Source: Isurus oxyrinchus (Eukaryota). Taken from it: DNA of 64,000 nt. A program made the translations under genes and the position numbers. Below are positions 1-11,689 of the stretch, one piece after another (the first letter of the stretch is position 1; each line of letters opens with the position of its first letter). The stretch lies in the NCBI GenBank assembly GCA_026770705.1, contig JANJGN010000034.1, positions 11,222,001 through 11,286,000 of the forward strand. Direction: 5' to 3'. Under the pieces are notes generated by a model. That model saw only the letters and a list, made by a program, of their open reading frames with translations. It ran no database searches and was not told where the DNA came from.

Positions 1-545
1 TGTTGGTGAGGCCGCATGTGGAGTACGGTGTACAGTTTTGGTCTCCGTATTTAAGGAAGGACATATTGGCATGGGAGGCTGTTCAAAAAAGATACTAGAC
101 TGATTCCTGGGATGAAGGGGTTGATTTATCAAGAACAGCTAAACAGTTTAGGCCTTTATTCATTAGAGTTTAGAAGAATGAGGGGTCGTCTTTTTGAAAC
201 AAGATTTCAAGGTGGCTTGACAGGGTAGATGTTGAGAAGATAATTCCACTAGTGGGGGAATCTCAGGTTAGGGGGCATAGTGACAAAATAATGGGACACT
301 CATTTAAAACTGAGATGCGCAGGAATTTCTGCTCTCAGAGGGTAGTGAATGCTTGGAATTCTCACCCCAGAGAGTTGAAGAGGCAAGATCGCTGAAAGTA
401 TTTAAAGAGGAGTTAGATCGATTGTTGAAAAACCGTGGAGCTGAGGGCTACGAGGAGCTGGCATGAAGAAGGAATTGACACCTGGGTTGGATCATCTATT
501 GTTTTATTGAAAGGGGGGGAGGCGGTTTCGGGGCACTAATGCACT
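1..545 (+). mobile_element. CR1-type LINE, decayed 3' end of ORF2 plus 3' UTR
   Basis: Translates to [24 protein letters not shown] and HSFKTEMRRNF.SQRVVNAWNS, typical of the CR1 ORF2 C-terminus, with frameshifts. Confidence 0.85.
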
Positions 546-961
546 CCTTCTATTTATTTTTCTTCTGTTTATACATGAATGTAAGTTGCTGTTGCTCTGT
601 TAAATGGCTCTTTGTAAATGAAAGAATGACTGTAAAACACGGGGCGCGGGGCGGGGGGTGCTGGGAGAGGGGTGTGGAAATTCATCCTGACTCAGCACCA
701 CAAACACTCTGCGATTACATTGCTCACTCTCCACTGCCACCACCTGTCCCCCCTACCCTCACTCTGACCACACGCTTCCCCAACCGCACCGACCACTTAT
801 TTCTCCCACTCCGACCGCTTAACCTCTCCGCCACTCCGATCACCTGTCCTTCCCCCACTCCGAGAACTTATCTGCTCCCCGTTTGGATCATTTGATGCCC
901 TTGAAAGGAGGAAACTGATGGAAAACGGGTGACAGCGGGGAGAGGAGACGATTCAAGATGC

Positions 962-1155
962 AGAGGTAAAAGCAAAGAACTGCGGATGCTGGAAATCCAA
1001 ATCAAAAACAGAAACAGAAATACCTGGAAAAACCCAGCAGGTCTGGCAGCAGACCCGTTGTTGAAGGGTCTTGAGGACTCGAAACGTCAACTGTGCTCTG
1101 CTCCGGCGATGCTGCAGACCTGCTGAGTTTTTCGAGGTATTTCTGTTTCTGTTCT
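962..1155. mobile_element. Short Penelope-like (pLTR) insertion with two inverted halves, inside intron 2 of the IgV gene
   Basis: 12-bp direct repeat GATTCAAGATGC at 950-961 and 1156-1167; arms ...AATACCTGGAAAAACCCAGCAGGTCTG / CAGACCTGCTGAGTTTTTCGAGGTATT; degenerate hammerhead-like core at 1057-1093. Confidence 0.75.
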
Positions 1156-1637
1156 GATTCAAGATGCCGATTTCATTCAGAATCAGATGTGGCAGCAACA
1201 TCGGGTGCACAGATCTGGGTGGATGAGGCCCAGGCCGATGTTTATTCTCGGCTTCCGAGCTCCCACAGCGAACATTTCGTGAGCAACCCTCATCCCATCA
1301 AACCAATTTTCTCATCAGTGCAGCCAACTGTGTCCTTCGTATCTGACGTCATCACAACGTGCCATAAACATTCACACGTTGCTCCAATGACGCCACCAGA
1401 CAAACACGCACCGCGCCTTCTGCCATCACCGCGCATACATTCAAGCACAACCCACATCCCATAAGAGGTCTGTCCTGTCAATGGAGCTAAGTATACTCCG
1501 CGCATACCCCGGCTATCACCAACGTCATGAGGGTGCGCTGGCACGTTTCCCCATGCCTGGATTGATGACCTCATGCATAAACGCCATCTAGCATCTTGAC
1601 GTCCCCTCGCAAGCGCAGACCGAAAAATGTCACTTAC

Positions 1638-1955
1638 CGAGTACCTGTAGAGTGAACTGTGCTGTAGTTGAAAAACCCACATATGATTCCATTCTAACGG
1701 AGTAGTTTCCACTGTCCAAAGGTGTCACTGACTGCAGTAGGAGTGATCCGCTAGGGAGCAATAACTTAATCCTACCTTTGTAATTAGAATCTGCATCTAA
1801 TACTGGACCGATCCACTGAACTATATCTTTCATCCCGAATTGCCACTTCCCAACTATTGCCTCAACTGGCGGCTGCACTGAAAATAATGCGTTTCCTCCG
1901 ACGGTCACGTTAATATGGCTGTTTCCTGTCAGGGTACTGAAATCCTGGGGCTCAG
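1638..1955 (-). CDS. Exon 2 of CEACAM-like gene A: IgV-like N domain lacking the B/F-strand cysteines
   Basis: Acceptor tttttctttccacag, donor G|gtaagt, 318 nt, phase 1-1. (A)EPQDFSTLTGNSHINVTVGGNALFSVQPP..KWQFG..IVQW..YKGRIKLLLPSGSLLLQSVTPLDSGNYSV..FTLQVL carries the GR...GSLLL..V...DSG.Y signature of CEACAM/CD2-type V domains; no stops. Confidence 0.9.
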
Positions 1956-2115
1956 CTGTGGAAAGAAAAAGCAGACTGTGAAAAGTGGCGAAACTCGACA
2001 CAACGTATACTTTTGGAGGATGATAATAACAGCATTTCCTGATTTTCTCTGACAATTTCTTGCTGTCCTGTTTTTCCAGTCACTAAAAGAACTGATATGA
2101 GAAAGTGATCCTCAC

Positions 2116-2167
2116 CCGCAGATATCAATAAGCAAACGGCGACCGCGATAAACGTCAGACTCCCCAT
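2116..2167 (-). CDS. Exon 1 of gene A: signal peptide MGSLTFIAVAVCLLISA
   Basis: ATG at 2167, 52 nt, phase-1 donor G|gtgagg in frame with exon 2; exons of the same length at 37675-37726 and 61150-61201. Confidence 0.88.
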
Positions 2168-2224
2168 CCTGAGAGAACTGCGCCAGTCCCTGTTACATTC
2201 CGTGACTGATGCGCTCTTCCTGGC

Positions 2225-2285
2225 GTACAAAGCAGATCAGTTCAATCATTTACTGAAGCGGCAAAGCTGATTGGACCGATTGTTG
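2225..2285 (-). promoter_or_regulatory. Candidate proximal promoter of gene A (CCAAT box at 2267-2274; HNF1-like TTCAATCATTTAC)
   Basis: About 100 nt upstream of the ATG; block conserved upstream of all three signal exons (37790-37840, 61265-61315); CCAAT kept at 61300, lost at ~37826. Confidence 0.4.
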
Positions 2286-2419
2286 ACCACCTGACTAAAA
2301 ACGTATTCCACTGAATACGAAATGTTAGACCTTATACAAATTATTGAAAATGTGCAAAGACGTCGGGTTCATTTTGTCTTCTGGAATAAAATTCCTCAGG
2401 GTTCGTTTGTAAAAAAAAA

Positions 2420-2935
2420 AAAATCATGTCCGTGACGTGAGCGTCGCTGGCTAGACCAGCATTTATTACCCATTTCTGATTGAAGAGATGATGGTGACCT
2501 GCCTTCTTGAACCGCTCCAGTTCCTGTGGCGTCGGTGCACCTACTGGTGCTGTTAGCGGGGGCAGGGGAGGTCGGGGGGCGGGGGGGGGGGGGGGGGGGG
2601 AGGGGGTGGTGAAGGAACGGCCGATCTATTTCAGAGACAGGATGATGAGTGACTTGGAGGGGTACTTCCAGGTGGCGGTGTTCCCTTCTATCTGCTGCAC
2701 TTGTCCTTCTAGATGGCAATGGTCCTGGGTTTGGAAGATGATGCCAAAGGAGCCTTGGTGAGCTTCTGCAGTGCATCTTTTGGATGGTATACAGTGCTTC
2801 CACTGTGGGCCGGTGGTGGAGGGAGTGAATGTTTGTGGAATCAAGCGGGCTGCTTTGCCCTGGATGGTATCAAGTTTCTTGAGTGTTGCTGGAGCTGCAC
2901 GCATCCAGGCAAGTGCAGTGAACGCAGATTCAATG
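2420..2935 (-). mobile_element. CR1/L2-group LINE 3' fragment
   Basis: LAWMRAAPATLKKLDTIQGKAARLI; same family at 10680-11405(+), 55205-56095(-), 44605-44780(-). Confidence 0.8.
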
Positions 2936-3534
2936 GTGAGTTTCAATTGGGAGTTGAATTAACATTGGTCAAGAAACAATTGCAGGGAGCGAAGGTTTAG
3001 TTGGAGCACTGTTTCAATGGCAGATGCTATCTGGAAAATACAGTAGAATATTTGATCTAAACTTTCATTGCATAACATGTGGATTGCTCATGGTGCGGCA
3101 TACCAGAGGTGCAGTGTTCAGGTGAAGCAAGCTTAGTATAAAGCAGGAATAGACAAGGCAAGACATACAGATAATTCACTTTCTTTGTCCATCTTCTGCA
3201 TAAATATCCTCCCCTATTTAAAACAAAAGTCTCATTTGGAAATGGATGCTTTCCCTAGCACTCCATCTCTCAAAAACGATATTCAGTTTTGTCACCCTTC
3301 TCGTCACACTTTTGTATCCATGCTCGACCATTACAAATCCCCAATGCCTCATTAACAATGCATGCACGGGAAACACGCCAAGTCATTGGCGGCTGCCCTC
3401 GGATTTGCCCGTCATGCCATGAACTCAGAGCCTCCTCGCTCTGGGCGCCACGTTTAAAGCGTACCAGAGAGTGTCCGACTTCGTTCATGCCTACAGACCA
3501 GGACTGCTCCAGGTGACAGGTAACCCCGAAAGCA

Positions 3535-5120
3535 ATGAAGACATCAACCCCCAAATTTGTTAACCCCTCGCTAGGCTGCCTGCTGGGTGCATTGGAAGCC
3601 CTGCCGCAAAGGCTTCTGGCTCCACTCTGGACTACAGCAACCACCAAGCTAACCAATCCATCATGGAAGAGAGTGGCAGTGGTGGGGAGTGCCAACACCC
3701 TCCAAATGAGGTCAGCCAGAGGATGAATAATCTCTTCCATTCCGCCTGGGTAACTCATTCTTCTCATCACTCTCGACTCACACACTGACAAACCCATCAC
3801 ACATCCACAGAGTTCGCACTCACTGCCAGCTCAAGGGACGTTATCACTCACTCTTTCACAGCAGTCTCATCTCCACTGCCCATCATGTCCTCATGCCGCC
3901 AATGGCACCATGGACACATTCCACAAGGGCCAGGCATCCTTCTCATCCAGCCTGGCAGGCAATTTGCTTACAGTCTCTCCATCAGTCTCCATGCAGGATA
4001 AAAGAGAGACTGGGGGAGGCATGCCCGAGCTGAAGGCCCTCATGGCCTTTGAAAATAGAACCATCCAGCTGACTGGTGAGTATGTGGACTATTCCTGTGC
4101 AGATCGTGAGGCTGGTGATTCTCACCCAAGTGATGATCCTGCACAGTGAGTGATATCACCTGTTTCACAGTCCACTGCCATGGAGTACTTATCTCTCTTT
4201 CCTCTCGCAGGCACATCCGGGAAGCAACCAAGGTTGGCCACGTGCCTGGTCATCGACTCCAGCCTCGAGGACGTCTCAGAAGAGGAAAAAACAAACACAC
4301 CATTGGAATGCCCATCACAGCGCTCACCCACACCCTCCACCAGCACAGAACTACACACCTCAATAGGACCCAGTTCTAAATGGGCCTCAAAGCCACAATC
4401 TGATCAGCACATCGCATTGTCTAATCTGCAGCAGGAAGGGGTAAGAAAATCCAAGGGCTCTGGCACACAGTGGAGTTCTGGAGGCCAGGGATCTGCTGAG
4501 TCCGAGTCAGATGATGAGCCTCTCGACTCGGTTCTACAGTTGCTGGATCTGCAAATGCAGGCTCGGTAACACCAGGAAGGGATGTCTGCTGCATTCTTCA
4601 GGTTGCAAGACAGAATGTAGGAGTCCACCCGCCTTCAGCCTGCATCAATAACGCCAAATGCCAATGCACCAAAGTGAACACTGGTTGGATGGTATCCTCC
4701 ATGGAGACCGCTCTCCAGGACATTCCCCCTGTATGGCTGTATGAGCTGCACTCCATCGCTGTGGCACTTTCTGGCATCCATCAGTGTCAAGTCTAGAGGG
4801 GGCGGGGCGGCTTGAACACATTCCAGCTGCCCTTTCCTGTCAAGGAGTTAGCCAGGGGTCCTCAGTGACACAGGCACCGTGGTGACCCCAGGAATGTTCA
4901 GCCCAAACAAATCTCTTCTTCTTATGACTCCAAGAGAACCTGCTCCAAAGCCTGTAGACGGTGCCACTTCCATACAGCAGGATCCCGAGAGCAGGCTGGG
5001 GTGCTCCAGGGGCCCTGCACGGACAAGGCATAGCAGTCAGCAGCCTGCCTCCACCTCCACTGTGAATGTCGGGAGAGCACCAAGACAATGTCACAGGGGT
5101 GGGGAGCTTAAGAAGATGCA
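3535..5120 (+). pseudogene. Harbinger Myb/SANT-like DNA-binding gene remnant (spliced)
   Basis: PKF..PSL..LL.ALEA...TNPSWKRVAVVGSAN.LQ.RSA, followed by an S/T/P-rich region; acceptor-like sites at ~3996 and ~4210; stops and frameshifts. Confidence 0.65.
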
Positions 5121-5399
5121 GTTGCATAGCGTGGGCACCAGTGTTTATCACTTGTACATAATCACGATTGTAAATAAGCTCCCAAGAATGTCTCCTTGTC
5201 TATAGCTCTTTGCTGTGATGAGCAGTGGTCATGAAATTCAAATTTGAACCCTTGGTTCCTGCATAAGATGAAGGCAAGCATCTCAGTCCAGGGCCTCTTC
5301 CCGGTGCAGTGTGTAACCTTCAGAACAAGGCAATGGCCTGGCTTCACACTCACTAGACATGTTAGTGATGCTCGCACCTTGATGTGACTTGTCATTGCT

Positions 5400-7080
5400 G
5401 CTAGAATGTCATGGGCAGGCAGCACAGAGTTCTGTGATTTTCTCAGTGTGCTATAAGCACCTTTGAGATGGGGCTGCCCAGCACCACCTCCCACCCCCCA
5501 ACCCCCATCTCTGCCATCTCTTCAGGATTTGTATCGAATGATGGTGTAGCCCTGAAGAGATAGGATTATGTGCTGTTAACGTTTCACCACTGCATTTCTA
5601 TGGTAAAACCCTGATCACAGAGTACAAATGAGCTGCCCTCATCCAAACAGGAATTAGGCATTCACAGGTGCATTGTTTAGATCCATGGAGTGTATGCACT
5701 GCTTGTCACCATTATCACCCTGGAACCCTGTGAAAATTGGGATCTCTGTTGTGTTTCCCTGACATGAGCGTGATCACATAGTGTGTGCCCTGCCATCAGC
5801 CAGGCAAGCGTCAGACGTTCAGAGATGCAATGTGAAGATAACAGGAGTTCCTCACTGCATCTCGTCATCATCCACCAATAATCATGTGGCTATTAAGGCC
5901 ACGTGTGCAAACCTGCATTGTCCGGCCAGTGTGATTGCATCCTCATATTCTCGGACTGCATCGCCTCATCTCCTTCAACATCCTCCTCATATGAGGAGAT
6001 GTGTAGCTTTTCGATCTGCACCTCAGCCAGGCCCTCCCCCTGTTGCAGAACCAGATTGTGTCGCATGCAGCAGGCTATAGAAGTACATGGCTCCCTCTAG
6101 GGACTGAACTGAAGTGGCTGAGCAGACCTGTCCATGCACCAGGACCTCACTTTCAAGATGCCAATTGTTTGCTCCACCAAAGTCCCGGCCATGGCATGTG
6201 CCTCGTTGTACTGACTCAATTGCAGTCTGAGGCTGCCACAGGGGCATCAACAGTCATGTCCTCTGTGGCTATTCCTTTTCCCCATGTAGCCAACTCTGCA
6301 GCCCTTGAGGACCCTACAAGATTTCAGGGATCAGAGACATGTCATGGATGTTGGAGTCCTGCGCATGTCTGGGGTATTGTGCACAGATGAGCATGATGGA
6401 ATTGTTGTGGTTGCAGACCACCTGAACATTTAGCGAGTGTAAACCCTCGCAGTTTACAACTGGGCTGCTTGTTGCCATGGAGGTTGTGCATTCATGAGTG
6501 CATTCGATGACACCCTGCATCTTGGGAAAACAAGAGGTCTCTGTAAAACCAAGTACTCTTGCCTCCTGGCTTGCCTAATCCCAGTCAAAATGCGCAAAGT
6601 GCTGCACCTTCGTGAAAATGGCGCCTGTGGTCTCGTAGGTGCACTTGTGGGTGAAGGCTTGTGAGATTCCATGCAGGTCAACAGTGGAGTCCTGGAAGGA
6701 ACCATTGGAGTAAACATTGAACATTCTGTTCACTTTTACTGCCACTGGCAATAGACGCCCTCCAAGTCGCTGTGAGACCAAATCCTGCAGCAGGTGACAT
6801 ACGTGAGTGACCAATTCCCTAGGCGTGAGCAGCCTTTGGCAACGCTGGTTCTCCCTCTTCTACAGGAATGATAAGTGCCATCTATAGACCCTGGATCTAG
6901 TGAGGTGCCTATGAACAGTAGCTCGCTGTGGATCTTCAGCTGCGTCCAGAGGAACCACCCTTTCATCTTCAGGGTAGTGCTCGTCCATTTGCTAAGACAG
7001 ACCCCTCTGTGACAAACTTCTTCTTCTCTGCTCCCTGTAAACCATGGTGCATACTACTAAATCACCAGGCGCCATGATCC
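5400..7080 (-). pseudogene. Harbinger (HARBI1-like) DDE transposase remnant
   Basis: QGVIECTH..NCEGLHSLNVQVVC..ICAQYP..AQDS, LPVAVKV, GSFQ, GAMY motifs across shifted frames. Confidence 0.8.
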
Positions 7081-7564
7081 TGATGTTCTTCTCCTGCAGT
7101 ATCTTAAGGACCTCTCTTTGTTAAGCCTTTGGTTCCAACTGCATCTCAAGGCGATGCTCGGGAGCGCTGCACAAGGTCATGTGTAAGCTCACCTCTGATT
7201 CCCCCTCGAAGTTCAGCTGGCCACCTGCACGCCTTTGAAAGGCAGTCGTAAATCACGACATTATGACGTCACACCGACGTGCGAATTACATTTGACGTGG
7301 GGGGTGGGACATGATTTCAGTGTGCGGGCACAATAATGAGATGCAAATAAATTACAGTTAAATTCCTCACATTAGATGGCGGGAACTGTGGCCCATCATT
7401 GGTGGGGGGAGGGGACAATCGAGTCCTGGATTTAAATTTCAGGGAAACACGACTAGAGCCATCTTGCGATACTTTCCGCTCCTGCTCGTTTAGGCGCCCG
7501 CCGCAAATGGGTGCGGACAATTCTAGCCCAAGTTTCTTTCAACAGCTCATTCCAAACTTCCTAG

Positions 7565-7900
7565 TTCTATTTTGAGGGGGGGAGCTGTTCCCATTGATGG
7601 AAGAATTGAGAAGCAGAGTCTCCTGATTACAGGTGAATGCAAAAGAAACAGCGGCAACATGAGGAAACGTTTCTTTATACAGCGACTCATTGTGATCTGG
7701 AATGCTCTGCCTGAGATGGGTGGAGGAAGCTCATTTAATCATCGATTTCGAAAGAGACCTGCATCATTATCTGAGAAGGGGAAAAATATCAGAGCTAAGC
7801 GGAAGAGGCAGAGGAGTGGCATTAGTTTCACTGTTGCTGTAGAGGGCTGGCACAGAGAGGTGGGGCCAAATGGCCTCTTTCTGCGATATAACCATTGTAT
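7565..7900 (+). mobile_element. Old CR1 3' end; paralogous copy at ~51410-51745
   Basis: MRKRFFIQR.I.IWNALPE followed by a GGGCCAAATGGCCT tail motif. Confidence 0.7.
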
Positions 7901-8186
7901 TGTTCCAGGAGAAACAACAGCGTGAAGGGGTGGAAGGCAAGTGCAGTATTAACCGCCATTCCCTTTGCTGGCTAGGGCACGGAGATAATAACTCATGCAA
8001 CAGTATTTATTTAAATCTGTATTCCTATCTTCAATGCACTAACAAGTGAGCAAACTTTTTTTCACCGCGTTATGAAATATCATCAGCCGACTGTGTTTCT
8101 TCAATAAAACGTCAAATATACTGCTGGCACATCTGTACAAATGATGCGACAAGCATGACACCCAGAAAGAAAGGAACACCATTAAC

Positions 8187-8228
8187 TGTGTGTGTGTGTA
8201 TGTTTGTGTGTTTGTGTGAGTGTGTGTA
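8187..8228. repeat. Imperfect (TG)n microsatellite
   Basis: Seen directly. Confidence 0.85.
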
Positions 8229-8234
8229 CTGGTT

Positions 8235-8900
8235 TTCAGCAAAAGATACCATAATCAAACATGTTCAATCCCTTGCTGCCCATGTTATGTGCTCTTTTGC
8301 ACGACCTGGTGCTCCGAAGAGGTGGCTCCACCGAGGCTATAATTTTGACTCGGAGGGATACCTGACTTCTATTGATGATACTCAAACAGCACCGAATCGT
8401 GAGGGCTAAGGTGCTGATTACAACTTGGCTTTGGCCAGGGCAGAGTCAGGCTTCTGTTTGTATGATGCTGGCGGGATACGGGTAGAGTGAATGCCAGGGA
8501 GCTGGTGTGCTGCGATCCTGAAATGTGTCAACAAGTGCCTGGCTATGGAGACAAACCCTTCATCCCAGGTTGATCCCTTCAATTGTCCTGTGCTTCTTTC
8601 TCTCCCAAAAATTTATATTGTTGTGAGTAGGGCGGAGTGCACAAAGAGTCCAGATGTGGATATTGGCCGTCAATTCTTCCATGCGCAGATGACAGACGTA
8701 TGATCTTACATGACAGTAGAATGGCCTGCCATGGAAGTTGTCAGTGTTGCCAGCACAAGCTGCGACTTAAGTTTTCACAGAGCTGAGCACTCGCTCATTC
8801 CTTTGTTGTAGAAACTTTTGCATGCTCTGCGTGAAGCAAAGGGACAAGTTAAAGACAGTCAGGGCCAGTCTCTGAATCATTGCGAACACGCTAGCTAGTG
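8235..8900 (+). pseudogene. Decayed coding segment, tentatively a Gypsy/retroviral-type integrase fragment
   Basis: One frame of ~220 codons with 4-5 stops and no frameshift; FARPGAPKRWLHRGYNFDSE resembles F.RFG.P..LHSDQG.NFES, and W..I...LAMETNPSSQVDPF resembles W...L...LAY.T..HSSTG.SPF. Confidence 0.4.
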
Positions 8901-8940
8901 GGCTGTGTCCTGTAACCAACGTTTATGGTATATTTTTTAT

Positions 8941-9970
8941 CAGTCTTCTACACAAGTATTGAGCCTCAAATTCAGCATTTGGGACCTCTGGAATGAAAGT
9001 TGTAAATGATCTGCTAAAGTGAGCTAGCAATTCACACACCCGTCCCTCTCTCCCCCTCTTCCGACTCCACCAGCCCCACTCCCCACCCAGCAACAGCTCT
9101 TGTACTTTCAGCTTTATCAAATCTAACAAGTAATTTTTTAAGGTTCAGTTGGTAACTGAGGTTCTGTACCTCTTGCCTTGCACCTGTGGCCTGTATTTCA
9201 CCACATGACGACGACGCCTTCTCAAACTTAAGAGCTGAAGAATTTGTGGTGCTGGTGTGGTCTTTGTTGGGATCAGGTTGAGTAACGCTACATCATCAGA
9301 AAGGTTTGTCTTCTGTTCCTGAATTCACATTGATGCCCAGACGTTTTTAGCTCCATAAATGATAGAGAAAAATTATTAGCTTTTATTCTGAAGGCAAAAT
9401 CCTGAAAGAGGCTGCAGTTGTCATGTAGCCTATCGGATGAAACAGAAGTAAGAAGGGATAAATGAATAAGGTTTAAGAGGGGAAACCATATTAGATTTAA
9501 CAATGAGTCAGATGCGATAAAATAATCTAATAGCTAAAATAATTTGGTGAAAGAACGATCATAGCATGATCAAATTCAATGTTCGTTTTGGAAAGGGCAA
9601 GCCTAACATTGTCTCATCCCATTAAAACCAGACTAACTGGAAACTGAGACCACCAACAGCAATTTTCTAAAAACTGCTGATAAACAGTGGGAGATGTCCA
9701 AGAAAATGTCATTTAAATGCAGGGCAAGGCAGAGGTACAGAATCTCAGTTACCAACTGAACCTTAAAAAATTGCTTGTCAAACCTGGTGACGCATGGGCC
9801 GTCAATGTTCAAGAGCTGTTGCTGGGTGGGGAGTGGGGTTGTTGGGGAGGGAAGAGGGGGAGAAAGGGAGAGGGGGTGAATTGCCATCTCGCTTTAGCAG
9901 ATCATTTACTACTTTCATTCCAGAGACCCCAAGTACTGAATTTCAGACACAATACTAGTGTAGAAGACTA
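8941..9970. repeat. Diverged inverted duplication: 8941-9184 vs 9716-9970, ~530-bp spacer
   Basis: CTCAGTTACCAACTGAACCTTAAAAAATT and CAAGAGCTGTTGCTGGGTGGGGAGTGGGG occur on opposite strands. Confidence 0.85.
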
Positions 9971-10535
9971 AGGGACTGAATGCTTTTTACCAACTAAACA
10001 GGACAGGTCGACAAATTAAGCGAGTACCAACATAAAATCAATAGAAAGAACATACAATTTTGGAAAGAAACGTGTACAGGAGAGTTTCTGCAATTATATT
10101 AGAATGAATAATGCAGTCGGCATAACATGGGCCATTTGACAACTTAAGAGTGATTATAACAACGGGAAATCCAAGAAGAGAATTGTTGAATGATTTCCCA
10201 TTGTCAGTGTACAGAGCAAAATAAGATAATGATGCAGCACAGGAAACGATGTTTGGGCCCACCGTACACGCTCCAGGTTTTTGAAACCGCTATCAGTTTG
10301 TCCCATTGGCCTGCATTTTTCCTCTCATATCCAGACATATTTAATCAATATCGGAATGCCCCTCCCCATGAAACATGGATCGGATAATAGTACAGGGAAT
10401 TTTGCTATTTTGGGCTTTATTTTAATTGTACTGGTAACATATGGAAATGCTCCCAAATCCTGGCCGTGGAATATGTTTCTCTAGATTCCTCTGCAAAACA
10501 AAAAGCTCTCATTTTCTTTCACCGTGTAACGGCAG

Positions 10536-10572
10536 GAATGCGGTTAGTCAAGAGGAAGTCCAAATGTTGCAA
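10536..10572. promoter_or_regulatory. Candidate leukocyte enhancer core: RUNX (TGCGGTT), AP-1-like (TTAGTCA), ETS/PU.1 (AGAGGAAGT), C/EBP-like (ATGTTGCAA)
   Basis: Abutting motifs; nearly identical in the paralog at 52106-52141 while the flanks are visibly more diverged. Confidence 0.45.
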
Positions 10573-10679
10573 CAGCTTGTTCAAGAGGTGCTACAAACGG
10601 ATATTATTCCCTGCTAATCTCACTAAGGCAGCCTGCTCTGTCCCATGTGATAACATTCAGTTGTCAGATCTAAATATTG

Positions 10680-11405
10680 TGTGGCTACAAGAGCAGGTCA
10701 TAGGCTAGGCATCACCTTCTAACTCCCCTAAGCCTGCCCATAATCTACAAGGCACAAGTCTGGAGTGCGGTGAAACACTAAGAAAAACGAAAAACACAGT
10801 GGATGCTGGAAATCTGAAACCAAATCAAAGAATGCTAGAAAAATCATCAGGTCTGACAGCATGTGTGGAGAGAAATACAGAGTTAACGTTTCGAGTCCGA
10901 TGATTCTTCAGAGCGGTGGTGGAACACTCCCCACTTTGCTGGATGAGTGCAGCTCCAACAACATCCAAGAAGTTTGACGCCATCGAGTACAAAGCAGTTC
11001 CCTTGATTGGCACCACACCCAGAAACTTTCACTCCCGCCACCACCGATGCACAGTGGCAGCAGTGGTGTGTGTACCGTTTACAAGGTGCACTGTAGGAAC
11101 ACGCCAAGGCTCCTTGGACAGCACCATCCAAGCTCACAGCAACTGCCATCTCGAACAAGAGCAGTAGGCACACGGTAACAGCACCACATGGAAGTTCCCC
11201 TCCAAGCTACTCACCATCCAGACTAGGAAGTCTTTCATTTTTTCACTGTCGTTGGGCCAAAGTCCTGGAACTCCCTCCCTAACAGCACTATGGGTGTACC
11301 TACATGGGCTGCAGCGGTTCGAGAAGAGAGCTCAGCAACACCTTCTCAAGAGCAATTAGGATGGGCAGTCAATGCTGGCCCAGCCAGCGCGCCTAAATCC
11401 CAGAA
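10680..11405 (+). mobile_element. CR1/L2-group LINE 3' fragment with a nested Penelope pLTR piece (10780-10913)
   Basis: IYKAQV.S..EHSPLCWMSAAPTTSKKFDAIEYKA..LIG interrupted by a GGATGCTGGAAATCTGAAA...GTTAACGTTTCGAGTCC block. Confidence 0.8.
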
Positions 11406-11689
11406 ATTTGACATGGTCTTTAGAGTTCATTAATTTTGATTTGAAAATATAACTTTGGAAATTATAATTATTGGTCCTATAATTATTGTGCCGGGAAAGT
11501 TCCATGCAAATTTTGAATACTGCCATATGTACAAAATGGGAACAAAAGGCACATCATTTAATTCTGCTTGATATATTTGCATTTATCATGCAGGTTTGAG
11601 AACTGTGGAAAATATTACTGTCCTGGGTTTAGCAACGTGGATTTTGATTCCAATAAACAAATTGGGGAGTGTCAAACTGCGAAGTTATG

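Larger units (their letters stand above)
3300..7529. mobile_element. PIF/Harbinger DNA transposon, decayed; Myb/SANT-like gene (+) convergent with a DDE transposase (-)
   Basis: Two-gene convergent layout; terminus-like ...ACAATTCTAGCCC at 7529; left terminus not found. Confidence 0.8.

Noticed and set aside
3270-3800. 176-aa minus-strand ORF
   Set aside because: Antisense shadow of the Harbinger Myb-like gene
9183-9280. DDAFSNLRAEEFVVLVWSLLGSG, superficially like a mononegavirus nucleoprotein motif
   Set aside because: Short, low-specificity resemblance with stops right after it; not supportable without a search
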